From Gemmatimonadaceae bacterium (GTDB taxonomy: Bacteria; Gemmatimonadota; Gemmatimonadetes; Gemmatimonadales; Gemmatimonadaceae), in assembly GCA_040901985.1 (NCBI GenBank), contig JBBDYC010000019.1, positions 143,770 through 207,769 on the forward strand: DNA of 64,000 nt, read 5' to 3'. Numbering within the stretch: the stretch's first letter is position 1; every line of letters starts with the position of its first letter. Shown one piece after another: positions 1 through 9,707 of this stretch. Both the position numbers and the translations under genes were made by a program. The notes beneath the pieces are model-generated. The model made no database searches, had not been told where the DNA came from, and saw only the letters and a program-made list of their open reading frames with translations.

Positions 1-498
1 GGTTCGGGTGCGATCGCGCTCGCCCTCGCCTCCGAGGGTGCCTTCGATCGGGTGATCGGCACCGACCTTTCGGCCGATGCGATCGCGGTCGCGACCGCCA
101 ACCTCGGCGCCATCGCCACGGACCGGCGCGCCCGCGTCGAGTTCCTGGTGGGAGACCTGCTGGCCCCGATTGGGGGTCTCCGAGTGGACACCATTGTCAG
201 CAACCCGCCGTATATTTCGCCGGCTGAGGAGGCGGAACTGCCGCAGGTGGTGCGCGACTGGGAGCCGCCGTCGGCGCTCTTCGCCGGGGAGGACGGGATG
301 GCGGCAATCCGCGCCCTGGTGCCGCAGGCGGCGGCCGCGTTGCGACCGGGCGGCCTGCTGGCGCTCGAGGTGGACTCCCGCCGGAGCACCCTTGCCGCCG
401 CCGCGGTGTCCCAAGAAGGGCGATTCACCGAGGTCGAGACCCGAAACGACTTGACCGGCCGTCCACGCTTCGTGATGGCCAGACGACAGGAGCTGTGA
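1..498 (+). CDS. prmC: Release factor glutamine methyltransferase (HemK/PrmC), 5'-truncated by window edge
   Basis: Frame open from base 1 (GSGAIALALA..., end of SAM motif); NPPY motif; C-terminal DLTGRPRF. Confidence 0.9.
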   Translation, partial: GSGAIALALASEGAFDRVIGTDLSADAIAVATANLGAIATDRRARVEFLVGDLLAPIGGLRVDTIVSNPPYISPAEEAELPQVVRDWEPPSALFAGEDGMAAIRALVPQAAAALRPGGLLALEVDSRRSTLAAAAVSQEGRFTEVETRNDLTGRPRFVMARRQEL

Positions 499-851
499 TG
501 CTGAGCGAGAAAGCGATGGACGTGGGCCGCTTGATCGGCCAGAGCCCCGAGTACCAGGCCGTCAAGCGGGCCAACGAGGCGCTCAACGCCGACAAGGAGG
601 TTGTGGCCGCGCTCCAGCGGATGGAGGCGCTGCGCCACGAGGCGCAGGCCGTCATCGAGCGCGGCGAGCAGCCTTCGGCCGAGATGGAGCAGGAGCTCGA
701 CCAGCTCCTCACCAAGGTGCAGGCGAGTATGCTCTACCAACGGTTCATCGCCGCCAACGAGAACTTCGACAAGGTGATGGTCCAGGTGAACCAGTGGATG
801 CTCGACGGCATCAAGAAGGGCGCCGCGAGTTCGATCATCACCCTCGGCTGA
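498..851 (+). CDS. YlbF/YmcA (Com_YlbF)-like helical protein
   Basis: Helical ~117 aa, pattern 'IGQSPEYQAVKRA...FIAANENFDKVMVQVNQ'; ATG overlaps prmC stop. Confidence 0.65.
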   Translation: MLSEKAMDVGRLIGQSPEYQAVKRANEALNADKEVVAALQRMEALRHEAQAVIERGEQPSAEMEQELDQLLTKVQASMLYQRFIAANENFDKVMVQVNQWMLDGIKKGAASSIITLG

Positions 852-858
852 CGCAACG

Positions 859-1527
859 GTGCGCGGGCGGCTGGTCGTCTTCGAGGGCGGCGAGGGGGTG
901 GGGAAGTCCACCCAACTCCTGCGGCTCGCGTCGCGCCTCGCCGCGGCGGGGGTCGCCCACAAGACCTACCGCGAGCCGGGTGGCACGGCGGCGGGCGACC
1001 GGATCCGCGACCTCCTCCTTCACGGGGATGCGCCGCTCGCCCCGGCGACCGAGGCGGCGCTCTTCATCGCGTCGCGCGCCCAGCTCGTCGCGACGGCGGT
1101 CCGGCCGGCGCTCGCGCTCGGCGAGCACGTGTTGCTCGATCGATTCCTCCTCTCGACCTATGCCTACCAGATGCATGGGCGCGGTCTGCCCGAGGCGGAC
1201 CTGCGCGCGGCCAACCACCTCGCCACGGGGGGCCTCGTGCCCGACCTGACGCTGCTCTTCCAGCTACCGGCGGCGGTCGGCCTCGAACGCGCCGGCGCCC
1301 GCGGCGGGGCCGACCGGATGGAGCGCGCGGATGCCGCGTTCCACGAGCGCGTCGAGGCGGCGTTCGCGTCGTTCGCGACCGACGCGTGGCAGGCGGCGCA
1401 CCCCGAGTGTGGGCGGATTGCGGCGGTGTCGGCGGCCGGCGACGCGTCGGTGGTGGCCGAACGCGTCGCGGCGGCGATTGCGCGGGAGTGTCCGGCGCTC
1501 CTTGAGCCGCAGGGAGCGGGCGCGTGA
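859..1527 (+). CDS. tmk: Thymidylate kinase
   Basis: FEGGEGVGKST P-loop, REPGG, LDRF..STYAYQ. Confidence 0.95.
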   Translation: MRGRLVVFEGGEGVGKSTQLLRLASRLAAAGVAHKTYREPGGTAAGDRIRDLLLHGDAPLAPATEAALFIASRAQLVATAVRPALALGEHVLLDRFLLSTYAYQMHGRGLPEADLRAANHLATGGLVPDLTLLFQLPAAVGLERAGARGGADRMERADAAFHERVEAAFASFATDAWQAAHPECGRIAAVSAAGDASVVAERVAAAIARECPALLEPQGAGA

Positions 1528-3077
1528 GCCGGATGCGGTTGCTCCCGTCGGCCGTGCTCGTCGGCGCGGCGCTCGTCGCCGGCGGCTGGCTCGTCCAGAA
1601 CGCCGTGCGCGGCGAGGCGCGCCGCGAGCGCGACGGCGCCCGGCTCCTCGACGCCGTGATGGAGCGGCTCCGCGAGGCGTATGTGGACACGATCGCCGAG
1701 GACGAGCTTTGGACCTACGCCGTCACGGGGATGCTTGCCGGGCTTGGCGACCCCAACTCGGCGTACCTGACGCCGGAGCGGCTGGAGCGGCTCGGACAGT
1801 CGGCGGCCAACTCGTACCGCGGCGTGGGGCTCCAGGTGGACATCCGCGACGGCTGGATCACCGTGGCGCAGCCGCGTCCGGGGTCGCCCGCCGAACGGGC
1901 CGGCCTGCAGCCGGGAGATCGGCTGATCGAGGTGGACGGCCGCTCGATGCAGGGGTGGACCGTCGAGGAGGCACGCAACGCGTTGCGCGGACCACTCGGC
2001 ACGACCGTCCCGGTGGTGATCGAGCGCGGACAAGGGAATCGGATCCCGGTGCGACTCAAGCGCGCCGACATCCGCGTGAGTGCGGTGCCGCGGGCGATGG
2101 TCCTCAGTGGCGGTGTCGGCTACGTCGCGGTGACGGCGTTCAGCGACTCGACCGAGGCGGAACTCGTGGCGGCGGTGGAGTCGCTGCGTACGGCGGGTGC
2201 CACTTCGATGATCGTGGACCTGCGCGGCAATCCCGGGGGGCTCCTCACCCAGGGCGTCGGCGTCGCCGACCTCTTCCTCGACGCGGGCAAGCGGATCGTG
2301 ACGACGCGGGGGCGCGTCCCGGAGGCCAACGCCGCCTACGTGGACGAGACGGCCGAACGGTGGCCGGAGATGCCGATGGTGGTCCTCGTGAACGGCGCCA
2401 CCGCGAGCGCGGCCGAGATCGTCGCCGGCGCCCTGCAGGATCACGACCGGGCCTTGGTGATGGGTCGCGTGACCTTCGGCAAGGGCAGCGCGCAGGCGGT
2501 CTATCCGCTCGACAACGGTGCCGCGATCATGCTCACGCACGCCCGGTGGTTCACGCCGCTCGGGCGGAGTCTCGAAGTCGCCGCCGAGAACGAACTGCGC
2601 CTGGCGGACGCCGACACCGCGCGCCCGGTCTTCCGTACGGTGTCCGGCCGCGCGGTCTACGGCGGCGGTGGCATCGTGCCCGACCGCATCGTCGGCGACA
2701 GCGCGCCCGACCCGGACGAGCGGCGCTTCTTCGCCGAGCTCGGGGCGGACGTCCCACGATGGCGCGAAGCCCTGACGGCGCAGGCCAGGGCGTTGATCGC
2801 CGAGGGCGCGATCCGCGATTCGCTGTTCGTCGTCCGGCCGGAATGGCGCGCCCGGGTGCGAGCGCAGCTCGTGCGGTTCGGCCTCCGGGTCCCGGCGACC
2901 GCCTTTGCCGAAGTGCCGGCGCTGGTGGATCGGTCGCTCGGCAACGAGATCGCGCGCCAGGCGTTCGGGATCCCGTACGCCCAGCGGCGCCAGGTGCGCG
3001 CCGACAGCGTGGTGCAGCGGGCGGCGGAACTGCTCCGGCGCAGCCGCACGCCGATGAGCGTCTTCGCCGCCGAGTAG
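1524..3077 (+). CDS. S41 family C-terminal processing protease with PDZ domain
   Basis: Signal/TM N-terminus, PDZ (GSPAERAGLQPGD), DLRGNPGG, TASAAEI, TFGKGSAQ. Confidence 0.92.
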   Translation: MSRMRLLPSAVLVGAALVAGGWLVQNAVRGEARRERDGARLLDAVMERLREAYVDTIAEDELWTYAVTGMLAGLGDPNSAYLTPERLERLGQSAANSYRGVGLQVDIRDGWITVAQPRPGSPAERAGLQPGDRLIEVDGRSMQGWTVEEARNALRGPLGTTVPVVIERGQGNRIPVRLKRADIRVSAVPRAMVLSGGVGYVAVTAFSDSTEAELVAAVESLRTAGATSMIVDLRGNPGGLLTQGVGVADLFLDAGKRIVTTRGRVPEANAAYVDETAERWPEMPMVVLVNGATASAAEIVAGALQDHDRALVMGRVTFGKGSAQAVYPLDNGAAIMLTHARWFTPLGRSLEVAAENELRLADADTARPVFRTVSGRAVYGGGGIVPDRIVGDSAPDPDERRFFAELGADVPRWREALTAQARALIAEGAIRDSLFVVRPEWRARVRAQLVRFGLRVPATAFAEVPALVDRSLGNEIARQAFGIPYAQRRQVRADSVVQRAAELLRRSRTPMSVFAAE

Positions 3078-3080
3078 CGG

Positions 3081-3818
3081 CTACGGCGAGCGCGGCGGGG
3101 CGGACCCCCCGAAGAGCGCCGCCTGATCGATCACCCGGACACCTTCCGGGGGCGTAAAGACGAATGCGTCGGCGGGGAGCGCGGCCCCGACCCGGATCGC
3201 CGTGAAGAGGATCGTGCGTTGCATCCCCGTCGCCTCGGTGATGATCGCCCGCCGGACCAGCGCCTGCGCGGGGTCGATCCAGAGCGTGGCCTTGGTGAAG
3301 GCGCCGCCGCCCACCCGCGGGACGAGTTCGATCCCCTGCGTCGGGTGACCGTCCAGCTCGGCGGGGCTCACCGCGCGCACGCGGTATCGCGTGGCCGGAT
3401 CCCGGAGCACTTCGCTTGCGATATCGAGGCCGGCGCCGGCGGCGCGTGAGAGTTTGAGCGCCTGACCGGGCGCGTTGCTCGGGAGGTAGAGCCAGAGCGC
3501 CGCGGCGTCGGCGACGATCCGGTCGCCCACGGGATCGCTGAACCGGAACGCGAAGTGCGTCGTGCCGCGCTGGAGGAACTCGCCGCTCGCGCGGTATTCC
3601 GTCCCCGTCCGCGGGTTCATCAGCGTCTGCTGGAACGTCGCCTGGAGCGTGCGCGCCGAAGCGTAGGCGACGGCCGCCCGTTCGACGAGCCGGAGCGCGA
3701 CGGAATCGGCGGCAGACATCGGCGAAGCCGCCGGTGCCCCTTGGGCCCCGACCGCGGTGGACGCCAGCGCCAGCCCGATGAGCGCGGCGAGCGGCGAACG
3801 AACTCCCTGCCCTGTCAT
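3081..3818 (-). CDS. lolA: Outer-membrane lipoprotein carrier LolA-like protein
   Basis: Signal peptide, LQATFQQT, DRIVAD..LWLYLP, C-terminal FVFTPPEGVRVID; ATG at 3818 overlaps aroF stop. Confidence 0.8.
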   Translation of the reverse strand: MTGQGVRSPLAALIGLALASTAVGAQGAPAASPMSAADSVALRLVERAAVAYASARTLQATFQQTLMNPRTGTEYRASGEFLQRGTTHFAFRFSDPVGDRIVADAAALWLYLPSNAPGQALKLSRAAGAGLDIASEVLRDPATRYRVRAVSPAELDGHPTQGIELVPRVGGGAFTKATLWIDPAQALVRRAIITEATGMQRTILFTAIRVGAALPADAFVFTPPEGVRVIDQAALFGGSAPPRSP

Positions 3819-4855
3819 CAATGCGCTCCCGAAGTGTCGGTGATCCGACGATCCACCGCGTCGGCGACGCGACGCAACTGGGTCATACACTCGACGAACT
3901 GTTCCGGTGTCAGGGACTGCGCGCCGTCGGAGAGGGCCTTCTCCGGCTGGGGGTGGACCTCGATCACGATGCCGTCGGCGCCTGCGGCGACGGCGGCACG
4001 GGCCATCGCCGGCACCTTGTCGCGGCGGCCGGTGCCGTGGCTCGGGTCGGCGACGATCGGCAGGTGCGAGAGTTGCTGGACCACCGGGATCGCCGTCAGG
4101 TCGAACAGATTGCGCGAGGTGGGGTCGAAGCTCCGCAGGCCGCGTTCGCAGAGGATCACCTGCCCGTTGCCCTCGGCGAGTATGTACTCGGCCGAGAGGA
4201 GGAGGTCCTGGATCGTCGCCGCCATCCCGCGCTTGAGCAGGACCGGCTTGCCGATCTTCCCCGCCGCCTTGAGCAGCGAGTAATTCTGCATGTTGCGGGC
4301 GCCGATCTGCAGGCAGTCGGCATACTCGGCAACGATCTCAGCGCCGTGCTCGTCCATCGCCTCGGTGACGATGGCCAGCCCGGTCTCCCGCTTGGCGAGT
4401 GCAAGCAGCTCGAGCCCCGGCGTGCCGAGCCCCTGAAATGAGTACGGCGAGGAGCGTGGCTTGAAGGCACCACCGCGGAGCGCGACCGCACCGGCGGCCT
4501 TCACCGCGCGGGCCGCCGCGAGGATCTGCGCCTCGCTTTCCACCGAGCAGGGGCCGGCCACTACGGGGATGTCGCGTCCGCCGAACCGCACGCCCGGCGC
4601 GATCTCGACAATCGTGTTCTCGGGCCGCCACTCGCGCGAGACCTGCTTGTACGGATTCGAGACGTAGATGACCTCGGAGACGCCGGCGAAGTCGAGGAGG
4701 GGCGAGCCGTCCACGCGCCCGTCGTTGCCGATGAGCCCAATCGCGGTCCGCTGGGCGCCCGGCATCGGCTGCGGCGTGAAGCCCCGCTCGCTGATCCAGT
4801 CGCAGACGCGCGCGACGTCGGCCGCCGTCGCGCCGTGCTTCATCACCACGAGCAT
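3818..4855 (-). CDS. aroF: 3-deoxy-7-phosphoheptulonate synthase (type I-beta)
   Basis: [40 protein letters not shown]. Confidence 0.95.
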   Translation of the reverse strand: MLVVMKHGATAADVARVCDWISERGFTPQPMPGAQRTAIGLIGNDGRVDGSPLLDFAGVSEVIYVSNPYKQVSREWRPENTIVEIAPGVRFGGRDIPVVAGPCSVESEAQILAAARAVKAAGAVALRGGAFKPRSSPYSFQGLGTPGLELLALAKRETGLAIVTEAMDEHGAEIVAEYADCLQIGARNMQNYSLLKAAGKIGKPVLLKRGMAATIQDLLLSAEYILAEGNGQVILCERGLRSFDPTSRNLFDLTAIPVVQQLSHLPIVADPSHGTGRRDKVPAMARAAVAAGADGIVIEVHPQPEKALSDGAQSLTPEQFVECMTQLRRVADAVDRRITDTSGAH

Positions 4856-4865
4856 CGGATCGTCC

Positions 4866-7800
4866 TCAGCCGACGGTGATCGCGGCGGCGCGCGCGGCGT
4901 CCGCCTCGTCCACCGCGACGCCGGTCATCCGGACGCTGACGAGCGACGAGACCCCGGGCTCCTGCATCGTCACGCCGTACACGGCGTCGGCGGCCTCGGT
5001 CGTCGTGCGCGGGTTGTGCGTGATCACGATGAACTGCGTCCGCTCCTTGAATCGGGTCAGCATCCGCACGAAGCGGCCGATGTTCTGGTCGTCGAGTGGC
5101 GCGTCCACCTCGTCGAGCAGGCAGAACGGGCTCGGCTTGGTGAGGAAGATCCCGAAGAGGAGGGAGAGCGCGACCAGCGCGCGCTCGCCACTCGAGAGCA
5201 GGTGGATCCGCTGCGTGCGTTTGCCGCGCGGGCTGGCGTGGATCTCGATGTCGCAGTCGAGCGGCCGTTCCGGGTCCTCCAGCCTCAGGTCGCACTCGCC
5301 GCCGTCGAAGAGCGTGATGAAGATCTCGCGGAAGTGCGCCCGGACCTGCGCGAAGGTGGCGAGGAAGAGGTCGCGCGCGGTGACGTCGATCTCCCGGATC
5401 GCCTGCTGGAGCTTGTGCTGGGCGTCCACGAGGTCGGTGCGCTGTGTCGTCAGGAACTCCAGGCGCCGCGTCTCCTCCTCGTGCTCCTCGATCGCCAGCG
5501 GATTGACCGGGCCGAGCTCCTCGACCTTCCGACGCAGCTCCTCAGCCTCGCCGCGCAGTGCCGCGTCGTCGGCGATGACCGGCTCGTAGCCGGCGAGCAG
5601 CTCGTCGAGCGGCCGGCGCCACTCGGCCTCGAGGCGCTCCTTGATCGCGGCGCGCTTGCCGGCGAGCTCGGTGAAGCGCAACTCGGCGAGGTGGAGCGCG
5701 TCGCCGGCGCTCCCGGCCTCGCGTCGCGCGGCGTCGAGCGCCTGGTCGGACGCCAGCAGCGCCGCGTCGGCGTCACGCACCTGCGCCTCCGCCGCCGTCA
5801 ACGCGCCGTCGGCCTCCCGCTGTGAGTCGCGCCGCGCCTGCAACTCCTCCTGCCAGACTGACATCTGCCGCTCGAGCAGGCCGTCCTCGTGGGCAATCGT
5901 CGCGAGTTCACGCTCGAGCGCCGAGAGCCGGTCAAAGGCCGCGTGGCGCTCGCGGTCGAGCCGCTCGCGGCGCTCGGCGGCCACCTGGCGGCGCGCGTCG
6001 GCCTGCGCGTGGGCGACCTGCTGGGCGGCGCGCGCCTCGCGCGCCGCGTCCTGCGCCCGCTCGGCCGTGCCGAGCGCCTCGCGCGCCGCCGCCGCTCGCC
6101 CGTCCGCCTCGTGCAACCGGTGCGCGATCTCGTCGTGGGCAATCAGGCTGGCGTTGACGCGGTCGCCGAGTTCGCTGTGCCGTCCGGCGAGGCGTTCCTG
6201 CAGCGCCACCGCGTCGGCGAGCTCGCGCACCGACCGCTCGCGCACGCGGTCGCGCTCGTTGCGGACCTTCGCCGCCTCGGCGGCGTGCTGCTGGGCGACC
6301 GCCGCCGCGTCGGCGGCGTGCGCGGCCGTCGCCTCGGCCTGCACCACGCCGTCGTGCACCTGTTGGGCGCGCGCCTGCACCGCCGCGCGCCGCGCGCCGA
6401 TGTCGGCGAGTGCGCTCCGGAGCGTCTCCAACTCGGCGCGGCGGGTCAGCGGTCCGGCGCCCGCGTCGCGCGCCGGCAACCAGACCGCGCCGCGAGCATC
6501 CACGAAGCCGGCGCCGTCGGCGGTGGCGCGCACCCTGCCGAGCAGCGCGCGCACCCAATGGCCGGCGGCGCCATCGGCGCGCACGCGCGCCACGAGATCG
6601 CCGGCGTCGGTGGCGTCGGCCGCCCCGCTGGTGCCCCGCAGGGCGTCGAGCGGCAGGAGGAGGAGCGCGCCCGGATTCTCGGCAGCGTGCCACGCGCGCA
6701 CCGCGTCGGCGGCGACCTGGTCGCGCACCACGACGGCGTGGACGGTCGGGCCGAGGAAGCGCTCCACCTGCGCCGCGACCGCGGCGTCGGCGCCGATGAA
6801 GTCTGAGAGTGGCCCGAGCACGGCATCGGGCCCGAAGCGCGCGCGGTCGCGGAGGAGGCGCGCGGCCGCGGGCGCGAGCCCCACGCGCTCGCGTTCGAGT
6901 CCCTCCAGCGCGTCGAGCCGCCCCTGGAGGGCGGTGTGCTCCTCCTCGACGCGCCGGACGTCGGCGCGGGCGGTGGCCTCGCGGTCGCGCGCCTCGCGGG
7001 CGGCGGCGCGCGCCAGCTCGAGGGCGGCCTCGGCCGCGGCGGCTGCCGCGCGCCCCGACGCCAGCGCCTCGTCGGCGCCGTCGAGGGTGCGCGACGCGAG
7101 CGCCAGGCGCGCCGCCGCCTCCGCGTGTTCGGCCACCAGCGCGGCGGAACGCTGGGCGACCTCGGCGAGTTCGCGCTCGGCGTTCTCGCGCTCGAGCTCC
7201 AGCCGCCGGGCGTCGTCGCGCAGTTGTCGCGACGTTCGGTCGGCGCCGTCGGCGGCCTCGCGCGCCACCGCCACCGCGAGGCGCGCCGACTCCTCGGCGG
7301 CGACGCGCTCGCGCAGCGTCCCGGCTGTTGCCTCGAGGGCCTCGGCGCCTCGCGCCTCCTCCTGCGTGGCCATCTCGAACTCGGTCCGCAGGCGGTCACC
7401 GAACGCGACGCCCTCGGCGCGCTCCTGTGCGGCACGCTCGCGGCGCGTCAGCGCGTTGCGATGGCGCTCGTCGGCGACCGCCAGTTCCTGTTGCAGTTCA
7501 AGCACCGCCTGGCGCGCGTTCGCCGCCACCGTGGCCCGGTCGTGCCGAGTCGTCTCGGCCGCCGCGCGCGCCGCCTGCGCGGCGTCGCGTACGCCTTCGG
7601 CCGAGCGCACCGCGTCCTGGCGCGCCGGGAGCGCCGCGCGGAGCGTCGCCAGCCGGCCCTCGAGGTCGGAGAGCTCCTGCTGCCAGGCCGCCATCTCCCG
7701 CGAGGCAAGCGTCAGTTCCACGGCAAAGCGGCGCGTGGTGATCTCGGCGTGTCGCTCGGCGCGCCGGCGCTGCCGGAGCAACGACCGCACCTGCGTCTGC

Positions 7801-8393
7801 ACCTCCGACGTCAGGTCGTCAATGCGGAGCAGGTCCGTGCTCGTCGCCTCGAGCTGGCGCTCCGTCGTGCGGCGCCGGTCGCGGTAGAGCCCCACGCCGG
7901 CCGCCTCCTCGAACAGCTCGCGCCGGTCGTCGGGGCGGTCGGAGAGCAGGGCGTCAATCATCCTGGCCTCGATCACCACGCCCGAGTCGGCGCCAAGGCC
8001 GGTGCCGCGCACGAGGTCGTGGATGTCCCGCAGCCGGCAGGGCGCGCGGTTGAGGAAGTACTCGCTCTCGCCGCTGCGGGAGAGGCGGCGCGTGATGACG
8101 ACCTCGCGAAACGCGACCGGGAGCTGCCCGTCCTCGTTGGAGAAGTGCAGCGAGACCTCGGCGATGTTCACCGCGCGCCGCGCCGACGAGCCCTGAAAAA
8201 TCACTTCCTCCATCTTGGCGCCCCGCAACAGGCGCGCGCGCTGCTCGCCGAGCACCCAGCGGACGGCATCGGAGACGTTCGACTTCCCGCATCCGTTCGG
8301 CCCCACGATCGCCGTCACGCCCGGCTCGAACGTGAGATGGGTCGGGTCCGCGAAGGACTTGAAGCCGTGCAACTCCAGCTTGGTCAACCGCAC
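4866..8393 (-). CDS. smc: Chromosome segregation protein SMC
   Basis: GFKSF, Walker [10 protein letters not shown], long coiled coils, LSSGE signature, Walker [11 protein letters not shown]. Confidence 0.95.
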   Translation of the reverse strand: MRLTKLELHGFKSFADPTHLTFEPGVTAIVGPNGCGKSNVSDAVRWVLGEQRARLLRGAKMEEVIFQGSSARRAVNIAEVSLHFSNEDGQLPVAFREVVITRRLSRSGESEYFLNRAPCRLRDIHDLVRGTGLGADSGVVIEARMIDALLSDRPDDRRELFEEAAGVGLYRDRRRTTERQLEATSTDLLRIDDLTSEVQTQVRSLLRQRRRAERHAEITTRRFAVELTLASREMAAWQQELSDLEGRLATLRAALPARQDAVRSAEGVRDAAQAARAAAETTRHDRATVAANARQAVLELQQELAVADERHRNALTRRERAAQERAEGVAFGDRLRTEFEMATQEEARGAEALEATAGTLRERVAAEESARLAVAVAREAADGADRTSRQLRDDARRLELERENAERELAEVAQRSAALVAEHAEAAARLALASRTLDGADEALASGRAAAAAAEAALELARAAAREARDREATARADVRRVEEEHTALQGRLDALEGLERERVGLAPAAARLLRDRARFGPDAVLGPLSDFIGADAAVAAQVERFLGPTVHAVVVRDQVAADAVRAWHAAENPGALLLLPLDALRGTSGAADATDAGDLVARVRADGAAGHWVRALLGRVRATADGAGFVDARGAVWLPARDAGAGPLTRRAELETLRSALADIGARRAAVQARAQQVHDGVVQAEATAAHAADAAAVAQQHAAEAAKVRNERDRVRERSVRELADAVALQERLAGRHSELGDRVNASLIAHDEIAHRLHEADGRAAAAREALGTAERAQDAAREARAAQQVAHAQADARRQVAAERRERLDRERHAAFDRLSALERELATIAHEDGLLERQMSVWQEELQARRDSQREADGALTAAEAQVRDADAALLASDQALDAARREAGSAGDALHLAELRFTELAGKRAAIKERLEAEWRRPLDELLAGYEPVIADDAALRGEAEELRRKVEELGPVNPLAIEEHEEETRRLEFLTTQRTDLVDAQHKLQQAIREIDVTARDLFLATFAQVRAHFREIFITLFDGGECDLRLEDPERPLDCDIEIHASPRGKRTQRIHLLSSGERALVALSLLFGIFLTKPSPFCLLDEVDAPLDDQNIGRFVRMLTRFKERTQFIVITHNPRTTTEAADAVYGVTMQEPGVSSLVSVRMTGVAVDEADAARAAAITVG

Positions 8394-9707
8394 TTAGAAC
8401 GTTCTCCCGGTTCGGTACGCCACTTGCGGTTCGACGCCGAGGTCGCGGAGCGACATCGCAAGGAGCACCGCCTGGCCTGAGGTCTCGAACGCGCCCGCAA
8501 AGAGGCGGACGCTGCCATCGTCCTGCACCAGCCCGTAGGCGCGGATCCCGCGCGCCTCCCACTCGGCCATCGCGCCCGGCGTCTCCGCCGGGCTGAGCCC
8601 GCGCGCGAGCAGCATCGCAAATGGCGCCGCCAGCACGCGTCCCCCATCCTCCTTCACCACGCCGCGCTGGCGCAGTGAGCGGAGATAGCCCTCCGCGTCC
8701 TGCCGATCCTGCCACGCGCCGGCGATGGCGCGGTACCACGGACGTCCGGCGCCGCCCAGCAGGACGGGGGCGAGTGTCGGCGCGGGGAGTTCCACGCCCC
8801 GCAAGGCCAGGCGGGAATTTGCACTCGCGAGGGTATTCGCCGCTACGAGTTCGACGGCGAATCTCGCCGCGCGCGCCGAATCGGCGGGGTTGACAACGGC
8901 CCCCAGCGTGATGCGCACCGGCTCGGGCGCCGGGGCTGGCGCCTCGGGCGTTTCGGGCGCCTCGGGCGTTTCGGCGCGGGGCGCGGCCGGCGTCGCGGAT
9001 GCCCCGCTGGCGAATGGCCACCGCCCGTCGCGGACGGCCCAGCCGGCGGTGCCGATCGCGGCCACCGAGAGTGCCAGGATCAGCGCGCGCCGCAGCGGCC
9101 GATGGCGCGCGACGACTGACGTTCCCCCCGGCCTCTGCCGCGGCACGCCGGCTACGATCGCCGGCAGCTCCGGCTCCGGTCGGTCCACCGTGGCGAGGAG
9201 CGGCCAGGTTCGCACGAACGTCGGCGGAAGGTCCACCGCGACGACGCCGTCCACGCGCGCAATGAGGGTGGCGAGTCCGGGCGCCGAGGGCGGTGCCACC
9301 AGGAGGAGGAGGGCATCCACCTCCCGAAACCCGCCGATGAGGCGCTCCCAGCGCGCACTCTCAAATACCCAGCGCTCGGCAATGGCGCCGCGGCCGGAGG
9401 GGAGGGCAAAGACTCCCGCCGCGCCAGGGACTTCGTGCGCAATCCCCGAGACCGCCTCGCCGTCGCGCAGGCATTCGACGAGTCCGGGCGAATCGAGCGC
9501 CGGGGTGAGCAGGGCGATCCCGCCGACCAGGTCGGCAATGGCCACGCGGCGTTGCGTGGCGTGGATGCGGGCGATGGCCAGGGCGACCAGCGCCGCCTCG
9601 TCGGGATCGCTGCCGCTGACGATCGCCGCGGCGACGTCGTCGAGTGCCGGTGCCACCCGCCGTCCCTCGGCCGCCCAGGCATCGGGCGGCACGGGGTGTG
9701 GCATCAC
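8394..9707 (-). CDS. Membrane-anchored protein: degenerate MinD/CpaE-like N-terminus, TM helix, Pro-rich linker, SPOR-like C-terminus
   Basis: IADL..PGLVECL..VFALPSG resembles MinD-type fold without Walker A; WYRAIAGAW and VRLFAGAFETS resemble SPOR strands. Confidence 0.55.
   Translation of the reverse strand: MMPHPVPPDAWAAEGRRVAPALDDVAAAIVSGSDPDEAALVALAIARIHATQRRVAIADLVGGIALLTPALDSPGLVECLRDGEAVSGIAHEVPGAAGVFALPSGRGAIAERWVFESARWERLIGGFREVDALLLLVAPPSAPGLATLIARVDGVVAVDLPPTFVRTWPLLATVDRPEPELPAIVAGVPRQRPGGTSVVARHRPLRRALILALSVAAIGTAGWAVRDGRWPFASGASATPAAPRAETPEAPETPEAPAPAPEPVRITLGAVVNPADSARAARFAVELVAANTLASANSRLALRGVELPAPTLAPVLLGGAGRPWYRAIAGAWQDRQDAEGYLRSLRQRGVVKEDGGRVLAAPFAMLLARGLSPAETPGAMAEWEARGIRAYGLVQDDGSVRLFAGAFETSGQAVLLAMSLRDLGVEPQVAYRTGRTF
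8938..8974. repeat. 18-bp tandem duplication encoding (ETPEAP)2 linker
   Basis: ggcgcctcgggcgtttcg occurs twice in tandem. Confidence 0.8.
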
